Positions 56,635-64,000 of a stretch of DNA of 64,000 nucleotides are shown in pieces; within the stretch, counting starts at the first letter, position 1, and each line of letters begins with the position of its first letter. The DNA comes from an uncultured virus (IMG/VR IMGVR_UViG_3300035654_000005). Taxonomy: Duplodnaviria > Heunggongvirae > Uroviricota > Caudoviricetes. A program made the position numbers and the translations under genes. The DNA lies in the IMG/VR virus record IMGVR_UViG_3300035654_000005. One strand, written 5' to 3'. The notes below the pieces were generated by a model. It had not been told where the DNA came from, made no database searches, and saw nothing but the letters and a program-made list of their open reading frames with translations.

Positions 56635-56865
56635 ACGCAGCCATTCAAACCCTAACTGTTGGCGGAGTAGGAACCCACGTCGTCGAACCGATTGTGTCAA
56701 GCCTTGTAGAATGATGTCTACAGAAGTTTCTCGTAAAGCCACTCGAGATCAGCCTACTTGGGAGTAGTCAACTCTTGTGCTGCTATATCGTTATACAACT
56801 TTTTTTGGACTTTGGTACGAATCTATTATGATTCCGAGGGGTTTGAAGTTTTTTAGCCCCCATGC
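56635..56865 (+). ncRNA. Candidate structured non-coding RNA or structured origin element
   Basis: 9-bp long-range helix 56644-56652/56839-56847 enclosing five short stems; ORF-free; strand inferred from upstream promoter. Confidence 0.5.
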
Positions 56866-56894
56866 AGAAAATCAAGAACAAAACCAAAAGCACT

Positions 56895-56940
56895 AATATT
56901 ATAGATTATGTGAGCGCAGTGAAACATAATCTATAATATT
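56895..56940. repeat. Perfect 17-bp inverted repeat with 12-nt loop
   Basis: AATATTATAGATTATGT-GAGCGCAGTGAA-ACATAATCTATAATATT. Confidence 0.95.
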
Positions 56941-56987
56941 CTTATTGAACGTAGTGAAATGAGCATCCTTATAATCGCTTAAGAAAA

Positions 56988-57176
56988 CTAGTATTGTGGA
57001 TGTGGATTTTTACCTTCAGCTTCTAATCTCTTTGCTAAGAAATTATCCATTAAGTCACGTTCTGCTGGTGTTAACTCAAACATATCGTGATATTGAATGG
57101 AGCCTCGCATAAAATATACTAGTTGTATGATGCCTTGTATTAAGGCTTCACTTTCCTTCTTCAACCTAGAGAACAT
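56988..57176 (-). CDS. Small baseplate hub/tail assembly protein (gp51-like); possibly the C-terminal part of a frameshift product
   Basis: L.YFMRG.I.Y......P.ER motif; frame stays open upstream into the T8 run at the end of the gp26-like gene. Confidence 0.7.
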   Translation of the reverse strand: MFSRLKKESEALIQGIIQLVYFMRGSIQYHDMFELTPAERDLMDNFLAKRLEAEGKNPHPQY

Positions 57177-57211
57177 CCTTTGGATATCCTCAGTTGAACC
57201 GTTCTTCAGCG

Positions 57212-58006
57212 TTATGAAAAAAAACTTACTGGGTTCGTACTGAACTCAATATCGATTAGTTCCGCACAATCCTTACATTTGGTGCTGTGTTTCATTGAAG
57301 CACCCCAGTCACCCAGTTGAGTCAATGCATCAGTCAACATACGAATATGACCAGCAGATACTACACCAATCCATTCACGAATTTGTTCTTTATCACTGAT
57401 TCCGTCCACAGAATCGATCACATCTACCAATACAGCGGTAATACTGGTCTTGAGATCTTCTAAGCTTGGGATACTATCAGATAAATCTACGTCTTGATTT
57501 AGCGACAACATCGCACCAAATGTGGTTGGTTTAAGTTTAACTAGTTGATCTGTTGGCAATTGAACAGAGAAAATATCTGCCATTGTTGTTGGATCGATTT
57601 GTTTAGATGCACGAACGATTGGTTGTAAACCGACTTCATACGTGTGTTCTTTTCCATCTTTACATCCGTGATTGTATGACAACTGTAATGTTGGACCATA
57701 TGTTACCATACGTAGACACACCATTAAGAAATCAACATCCTTTGACAACAATGCTTTCGCATCTAGTACTTGTGGAATACAGCGAGCAAATACATCAACA
57801 ACGCCTTGTCCCGTGAACAACATGTCTGGTGACTTGAATACTAGCTCATCCATGGCAGTCATCGGTTTAACGTGCACTTCACCGTTCTTCACATCATCAC
57901 GAAGTTCACCATGTGTGTAAAATAGTCCTTGAGATGGTAACTTAAACGTCTCACCTGGAAGGACAGCCTTTCTAAGCAATGGATTGATTACTATGTTTTC
58001 TTCCAT
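57212..58006 (-). CDS. Baseplate hub assembly / tail assembly chaperone (gp26-like)
   Basis: LPSQG.FY, V.PMTA.DE...K.PD.L, D.D.L...LR..TYG, C-terminal CKDC and NP..FF; TATAAATA at 58037-58044. Confidence 0.82.
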   Translation of the reverse strand: MEENIVINPLLRKAVLPGETFKLPSQGLFYTHGELRDDVKNGEVHVKPMTAMDELVFKSPDMLFTGQGVVDVFARCIPQVLDAKALLSKDVDFLMVCLRMVTYGPTLQLSYNHGCKDGKEHTYEVGLQPIVRASKQIDPTTMADIFSVQLPTDQLVKLKPTTFGAMLSLNQDVDLSDSIPSLEDLKTSITAVLVDVIDSVDGISDKEQIREWIGVVSAGHIRMLTDALTQLGDWGASMKHSTKCKDCAELIDIEFSTNPVSFFS

Positions 58007-58118
58007 ATACGTCTCCTTATAATATAATATCCTAAATATTTATAATATATACCAAGGGTTTATCCATCGTGGTTCTCAACATAAATATTTGATCAATAAC
58101 AAAATTATAGGATCGTTC

Positions 58119-60356
58119 ATGGCAGGTGAAATCAGCACACAAGAATTAGTAAGAGCGTTACAGGCGCTTGCTAAGCAATCTACGTCCATGTCTAACAACA
58201 TTAAGACGGCTAGTGAGATCATTGCCGAGTTCACTGATCCTATCGAACAGTCTACAAAAGAGTACGAAGCTCACGTCAAAAAGATGCGAGATTTGCACGG
58301 TAAAGAAGCGGCTGAACAAGCTAAACTAATAGGTGAATTGAAAAAACACCAGTTGCTTAATCAACGTGAAGCTGATGCTCGCACCCAAGACATTAAACAA
58401 CTTCAAGCTGACATTCTCGAAAAATCCACAGCATTGGTTAAACAACGAGCTCTGGCTAAGAGTCTTCAAGCTAACTATGGCTTACTTGATGATGCTACTG
58501 CCAACGCATATGCTGAAGTCGATAAGCTTACCGCTGAACTAAAAGCTGCAACGGATGCACAAGCTAATAGCACCGTAGCTCAGAAGAAGCATACAGATGA
58601 AGTTGGTAAGTTCACTTCAGAGATTACAGCTCAAGAGCGTGCATTAAACCGCATGAATATTGGTGGTGTTGTTAGTAAATCCATGCAGCAGTTTGGTTCG
58701 AGCATTACCAAGAAACTGCTAGGTTTAATCCCAGTTATGAATGCAGTTGATCTTGGTAAGAAGATGTACACCGACATCAACAAAGAGATTGCTACTGGTA
58801 TAAATGCAGCAAGTAGCGCTTCTGAATACACTAGATTAGCTAGTCTTGGAATGGATGCTGGCAAATTTACAGATCTTGCACAACAAAACCGCACAGCGTT
58901 AATTGCATCTGGTGGTAAAGATGCATTCTTAGATGTACTAACAGAAGCTCAGCAAAAATTCAAGGGTTTGATTCCTTTTGGCGACCGTGCAAAATTTGCT
59001 GCGGAGCAAATGTCAATCCTTACGTCTGCGGGTATTAAGCCAACTGCAGATTCACTAGGTTTATTGTACGGTAGCTTTACTAAGTTGCGCAAAACTGCTG
59101 GTACGACTGGCGAAGAATTTAATCAAATGATGGCTAGTGTTGTTCAATCTGAAGAAACCATTCAAGTATTGCGTGGAGCTGCTTCAGAACAAGAACGTCA
59201 AGCAATTGTAGCAGGTATTGCAGCAAGGTTAGCAGAAAATAAAGCGATTGGTGTGTCCAAAGACCAAGCTATCGCTATGGTTAAAGCACAAGCTAAGATG
59301 CAAGGAGAAGGTCCTCTTAAAAAATACATCAAGGGTATTCGTACAGCAGCACTGGGATCTGTGCTTGGTGTAGAAGGCGGTGATCGCTACATGGAGATCC
59401 AACGCAAATCTGTAAAAGACCGCACTGCTGATGATATTAAATTTGAATCAGACTACAATGGCAGACTTTCTGCAAAAACTGCATCCGCATATAACGGCGG
59501 TATTGACGATCCTGCTAGCTTGCTTGGAGTAATAGGACAGGAAAAATTAGGCAATGAAAACACCGGCCCTAATAGTGTGTTTAATATTAGTCTTGCAAAA
59601 GTTGCTACATCGAATGACGCATTGGTTAGTAGTTTGGGTGAAGTATCAAATGTCTCCAAAACGCTAGTAGAGAAATTAGGATTGGTTGCCTCACAACTTA
59701 CCAATAATCCGATCCTACAAGGTGTAGTGATGGCTGTATCTGGTTTGGCTAGTGTGGTTAGTATGTTAGCTGCTGGAAGAATGGCTTCTGCTGCCGGTAT
59801 GGGTGGTGGCATACGAGGACTAGGAGGATTGGGAGGAGCGGGTAAAGGTGCTCTGAAAGGCGCAGGCAAATCTCTATTAACAAAACTTCCACTATTGGGT
59901 GGACTAGTCGCAGGTGGATTTGCATTAAACGATTTAGCTAATGGTGATATGCAAGGAGCAGCATCTAATGCTGGTGCAGGTATTGGTAGCGTTGCAGGTG
60001 GTGCTTTGGGTGCTTTGTTAGCACCAGTAACAGGTGGATTGAGTATACCTATTGGAGCTGCTTTAGGTGGAGCTGCAGGCGGATATCTTGGTGGCAAAAT
60101 AATGGGTGGTGATTCACCAACTACTATCTCTCAACCGACGGAAAAAGTTGACGACATTTTGAATAAGCAAATTCGTCAGATGGACGACAGCAACATGTAC
60201 TTAAAACAACTAGCTGATACTATGCCAAAATTGGTAGCTTTATCCGAAAAACAATTGATTGCCATGACTCTAACAGATCAACAGCGCACTAGCGAATCAA
60301 CGCGTGCCAAACTCCTGGGAAACAGTAGATTTAACAATCAATATCAGACGGTTTAA
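58119..60356 (+). CDS. Tape measure protein (probable)
   Basis: Ala-rich helical protein with coiled coil and Gly-rich hydrophobic segment; late promoter 58081-58087; ATG 58119 after AGGA; between gp26-like and portal. Confidence 0.7.
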   Translation: MAGEISTQELVRALQALAKQSTSMSNNIKTASEIIAEFTDPIEQSTKEYEAHVKKMRDLHGKEAAEQAKLIGELKKHQLLNQREADARTQDIKQLQADILEKSTALVKQRALAKSLQANYGLLDDATANAYAEVDKLTAELKAATDAQANSTVAQKKHTDEVGKFTSEITAQERALNRMNIGGVVSKSMQQFGSSITKKLLGLIPVMNAVDLGKKMYTDINKEIATGINAASSASEYTRLASLGMDAGKFTDLAQQNRTALIASGGKDAFLDVLTEAQQKFKGLIPFGDRAKFAAEQMSILTSAGIKPTADSLGLLYGSFTKLRKTAGTTGEEFNQMMASVVQSEETIQVLRGAASEQERQAIVAGIAARLAENKAIGVSKDQAIAMVKAQAKMQGEGPLKKYIKGIRTAALGSVLGVEGGDRYMEIQRKSVKDRTADDIKFESDYNGRLSAKTASAYNGGIDDPASLLGVIGQEKLGNENTGPNSVFNISLAKVATSNDALVSSLGEVSNVSKTLVEKLGLVASQLTNNPILQGVVMAVSGLASVVSMLAAGRMASAAGMGGGIRGLGGLGGAGKGALKGAGKSLLTKLPLLGGLVAGGFALNDLANGDMQGAASNAGAGIGSVAGGALGALLAPVTGGLSIPIGAALGGAAGGYLGGKIMGGDSPTTISQPTEKVDDILNKQIRQMDDSNMYLKQLADTMPKLVALSEKQLIAMTLTDQQRTSESTRAKLLGNSRFNNQYQTV

Positions 60357-60410
60357 AACCGCCCAAAATGAGCCACCATAAATATAGCACAAGACTACGG
60401 AATGTAACCA

Positions 60411-62048
60411 ATGACATCAGCTAAATTTTCATCATATTTTAAAATAGTGTCGCCTAAGACACACTCAACGTCACTATCTGATAGTCAGACGATGGGTGAT
60501 CAAGGTACCTACGCAAACTACACGTGGTATCAACGGTTAATGCAGGGATCTGCTTCGCGCGTAACTCGTTATCGTGAATATGATATGATGGACAATGACG
60601 TCGAGATTGCTCGTGCATTGGACACCATCGCTGAAGAAATGGTTGGTAATGCAACTAACGAAATCAACTCATTGCAATTGGTTATAAATCCTGATAAAGT
60701 AACAAAAATTAGCTCCACGGACGTAGCTACGCTCAAATCAGCACTTAGATACTGGTCAGATATACATGACTGGGATCAACGCTTGTTTAAACTTTGCCGC
60801 GTGACTGTTAAGTACGGTGATTGTTTCTTTATCCGTCAGAAGAACACTAATAAGTGGGTATACATTCATCCGAAAGATATAGTAGCTGCAATTGTGGATG
60901 AAGAGGACGTTACCAAAATTATCGGATGGCAAATCAAAACCGATACCAAAGTAGCTAATTCTCCATACAACCAACCTGGTAGCCAATATGGCCATAATCA
61001 AACAACCAATACAGTTGATACATTACCTGCAGATCGTGTTGTACGCTTCACTCTGAACGACGACATGTCTGATTCAGCTCCATTCGGCGAATCAGTACTG
61101 CGTGCGGTATACCGTGCTCAGAAGCAAAAAGAATTACTACAGGATGCGATTATCATTTATCGTATTCAACGCGCTCCAGAACGTCGCGTATTCTACATCG
61201 ATGTGGGTAAAATGCCTCCACAACGTAGTAAATCATATCTGGAACAGATCAAAAACGAGATTCGTCAGAAGAAAGTACCAACATACGGCGGTGGTGTAGA
61301 TCAAGTTGACTCTGTATACAACCCACAAAGTATGCAAGAAGATTTCTTCTTTGCACAACGTCCTGATGGTCGCGGTTCTAAGGTTGAAACATTACCTGGT
61401 GGTCAAGGATTGGGTGAATTATCTGACTTGGAATACTTCCAAGATCAAGTATTCCGTGGTTTGCGTATTCCTACTTCATACATGAAGGAAAGTGATGGAG
61501 CACTAATCAACGATGGTAAATCTGGTATTGCATACATCCAAGAGTTGCGTTTTGCTTTGTACATTAATCGTCTACAACGCCACATTACGTCTACATTGAA
61601 TGTGGAGTTTAAACGCTTCTTACGTACTTCTGGTATTAGTTTAGATCCTGCAGCATTTGACATCAAACTATTAGATCCTGAAAACTTTGGTGTGTATCGT
61701 CAACAACAATTGGACTCTGAATTGCTTGGTACTTACCAATCTGCTGATGGTGTTGCTTCGTTATCAAAACGCTTTGCGTTGAAGAAATACTTGCAGTTGA
61801 CAGAAGAAGAGATCATCATGAACGAACGTATGAAGATGGAAGAAATGGGTATGGATCCAAATACTACTACACCAGACTTGGTTGCAATCTATTCAGCAAC
61901 ACCTGAAGGTGGTTTGGGAGCTGATATGGGTCTAGGTGGAGGCATGGTAGCAGGGGCTCAAACGCCACTACCTGCAGATCCAAACGCACCAGCAGGTACT
62001 AATCCAGAAGCAGCACAACCAGGACAAACGCCCCCAGTAGCGGCGTAA
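60411..62048 (+). CDS. Portal protein (gp20)
   Basis: IIYRIQRAPERRVFYIDVG.MP, EDFFF, VETLPGG, LRIP.SY, E.RF. Confidence 0.96.
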   Translation: MTSAKFSSYFKIVSPKTHSTSLSDSQTMGDQGTYANYTWYQRLMQGSASRVTRYREYDMMDNDVEIARALDTIAEEMVGNATNEINSLQLVINPDKVTKISSTDVATLKSALRYWSDIHDWDQRLFKLCRVTVKYGDCFFIRQKNTNKWVYIHPKDIVAAIVDEEDVTKIIGWQIKTDTKVANSPYNQPGSQYGHNQTTNTVDTLPADRVVRFTLNDDMSDSAPFGESVLRAVYRAQKQKELLQDAIIIYRIQRAPERRVFYIDVGKMPPQRSKSYLEQIKNEIRQKKVPTYGGGVDQVDSVYNPQSMQEDFFFAQRPDGRGSKVETLPGGQGLGELSDLEYFQDQVFRGLRIPTSYMKESDGALINDGKSGIAYIQELRFALYINRLQRHITSTLNVEFKRFLRTSGISLDPAAFDIKLLDPENFGVYRQQQLDSELLGTYQSADGVASLSKRFALKKYLQLTEEEIIMNERMKMEEMGMDPNTTTPDLVAIYSATPEGGLGADMGLGGGMVAGAQTPLPADPNAPAGTNPEAAQPGQTPPVAA

Positions 62049-62142
62049 TACACGAGATCGACGATATATTAGGCAAGCATTACGGTAGTGTGCCATAAAT
62101 ATCTGAATCATATACACTTAATATGTTTACAAAGGAAATATA

Positions 62143-62409
62143 ATGGACAAAAAAATTGAAACTCCTCTACGTGGTTTCGTTGAAGCATACGCTACACAAA
62201 ACACTGAAGAAGGCGATAAACTAATTCACGAATACATTTGCAAAAAATCACAAGCAATGTTGATGGGCGAATCAGAAGACGAAGGCGACGACGCTGAAGA
62301 TGAAGCTGACAAAGACGATGCTGATAAAGATGACGCAGATAAAGATGACAAGTCTGATAAAAAAGACAGCAAGAAAGACAAAAAAGCTGATAAAGAAGAT
62401 AAAGAGTAA
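62143..62409 (+). CDS. Small acidic prohead core protein (gp67-like)
   Basis: Between portal and protease; late promoter 62095-62101; D/K-rich (D/E)ADKD repeats. Confidence 0.55.
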   Translation: MDKKIETPLRGFVEAYATQNTEEGDKLIHEYICKKSQAMLMGESEDEGDDAEDEADKDDADKDDADKDDKSDKKDSKKDKKADKEDKE

Positions 62410-62432
62410 TCTTTAACTGATTTAAGGCTACT

Positions 62433-62460
62433 AAAAAACCCAGCGAAAGCTGGGTTTTTT
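62433..62460 (+). terminator. Rho-independent terminator
   Basis: A6-CCCAGC-GAAA-GCTGGG-T6. Confidence 0.9.
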
Positions 62461-62504
62461 ATTTAAACCTATAAATACCTGATCACAACAGGAAGGGCAC
62501 AAAC

Positions 62505-63143
62505 ATGAAACACCAATTATTAGTAGAAGACTTACAACCTAACCAAGCTCGTATTGTTACTGAGTCATCTGCAGATGGTAAAACATTGTGGTTGAACGGT
62601 ATTATGATGCAAGGTGTGGACGAAAATCGCAACCACCGCAAATATCCTTTGATCGAAATCGAAAACGCTGTACGCATTGCACAACAAAAAATTGCTGAAT
62701 GTAATGGTATCTTTGGTGAACTAGATCACCCACAAACACTACAAATTAACATGGACCGCGTATCACATGCTATCACAGAAATGTGGATGGTTGGCAACAA
62801 CGCTTATGGTAAAGCTAAGATCATCGAAAAAGCTCCAATGGGCCAAATCGCTAAAGCATTAATCGAATCTGGTGTACGTGTTGGTGTGTCAAGCCGTGGT
62901 GCTGGTAATGTAAATGAATCTGGTGAAGTTTCAGGTTTCAATTTCATTACTGTAGATATCGTATGTACACCATCAGCTCAATTGGCAATGCCTGGTTCAG
63001 TATATGAATCATTGGAATTAGCTAAAAACGGTAAACAAATCTTAACACTAGCACAATCAGTTTGTGAAGATCCAGATGCTCAGAAGTATTTCAAGAAAGA
63101 AATCTTAGCATGGTTATCTACAGGAATTTACAAAAAACGATAA
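62505..63143 (+). CDS. Prohead protease (gp21)
   Basis: NRNHRKYP, GELDHP, GVSSRG.G, TVDIV.TPSA; TATAAATA at 62470-62477. Confidence 0.95.
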   Translation: MKHQLLVEDLQPNQARIVTESSADGKTLWLNGIMMQGVDENRNHRKYPLIEIENAVRIAQQKIAECNGIFGELDHPQTLQINMDRVSHAITEMWMVGNNAYGKAKIIEKAPMGQIAKALIESGVRVGVSSRGAGNVNESGEVSGFNFITVDIVCTPSAQLAMPGSVYESLELAKNGKQILTLAQSVCEDPDAQKYFKKEILAWLSTGIYKKR

Positions 63144-63333
63144 TACGTTTTTTACCTTATCTCCTTGTAGAGACAGAAAAAACATTTTTTCATATCAAAA
63201 ACTAGAATTTTCAACCACCACGTGCACCCGCATGAAACGTAGAGTTAACAGCAAACACGCAAGTACTCTACGTTTATTTGCGATCCCCACTATAAATATT
63301 ACTATCATTCCATAGACGCAAGGAGAACACACA

Positions 63334-64000
63334 ATGGAAAAATTGTTAAAGGACCTACTTGAAGCTGAAATTCTTACAACAGAAACAGCACAAGAGTTAC
63401 AAGAGNNNNNNNNNNTTACAAGAGTCCATCACCGCTCAACTTAACGAAGCGATTGAGGCAGCAAAGATTGAAGCTACAGCAATGGTTACAGCTCAATTAA
63501 ACGAACAATGGATTACAGAACGCGGTATCTTGATCGAAACAATCGATGAAAAAGTTACTGAAGTTCTTGAAGCAGAACTAGCAGAATTAAAAGAAGACGT
63601 TGAACGTTTCCGTGATCTTGAAGCTGAATACGCTGACAAGCTTGTTGAAGCAAAACACGAACTTGCTTTGAAATTGGAAGAAGACCTTGACCAATTGGTA
63701 CAACGTATCGATGCAGTTGTTGAGATCCGCCTTGCAGAAGAATTAACAGAATTAAAAACAGACATCCAAGAATCACGCAATCAAGCATTTGGTAAAAAAG
63801 TATTCGAAGCATTTGTTAATGAATTTAAAACATTCTACACAACAGATGATTCAATCGAATCTAAATTGTCTGAAACAGAAACACAGTTGGCTGAAGCGAT
63901 GGAAGCACTTGCTGCTTCTGAAACAGAAAAAGCTAGCATGGTAAGAACACAAAAAATGCGTCAAGTACTAGAGCCATTATCTGGCCGTACACGTGAAGTG
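63334..64000 (+). CDS. Prohead core scaffold protein (gp22-like), gap 63406-63415, truncated by window end
   Basis: TATAAATA 63291-63298, AAGGAG RBS, Glu-rich coiled coil with FGKKVFEAF..EF, follows gp21. Confidence 0.85.

Noticed and set aside
56024..56870. RuvC plus downstream RNA as a TnpB/IscB-like RNA-guided nuclease
   Set aside because: The 160-aa protein is a contiguous resolvase-type RuvC with no recognisable zinc finger, bridge helix or REC region, and sits in the usual gp47-gp46 context; the RNA is reported separately
59453..60097. 214-aa antisense ORF and many other short antisense or alternate-frame ORFs
   Set aside because: Shadows of Gly/Ala-rich or RNY-biased sense genes; no RBS or motifs
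62280..62409. Short tandem GAY/GCW/AAA repeats as a DNA repeat array
   Set aside because: They encode low-complexity DADKD peptide repeats with synonymous variation

Overview
The whole 64-kb window is part of a large T4-like (myovirus-type) lytic phage genome in standard genetic code, scaffolded with ten 10-N gaps. Nucleotide metabolism and replication genes include class Ia nrdA/nrdB/glutaredoxin, a gp41-like helicase, a family-B DNA polymerase split into two genes, a probable sliding clamp, T4-type RNase H, gp55 late sigma, gp47/gp46 and a RuvC-like resolvase. Host-like accessory genes include a complete groES-groEL pair, a PBP7-like S11 peptidase, a secreted lytic transglycosylase, a RimB-like aspartic protease and a 2OG-Fe(II)-like protein. 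The structural block covers tail fibres, a PAAR-M15 peptidase fusion, a giant baseplate protein, gp6/gp25/gp5/gp53-like proteins, tape measure, portal, prohead protease and scaffold. Two promoter classes are visible: sigma70-type (TTGnnn-17-TAnnnT) and T4-late-type (TAAATA). The most interesting unexplained signals are: (1) a ~480-nt ORF-free, highly structured locus after ruvC; (2) a T-TTT-TTT -1 slippery site that would fuse the gp26-like and gp51-like ORFs next to the tape measure gene; (3) an RBS-occluding hairpin containing a late promoter before ruvC; (4) secreted cell-wall enzymes among early/replication genes; (5) a leader peptide and hairpin before nrdA. All family assignments come from recognising motifs by eye; no database searches were run.
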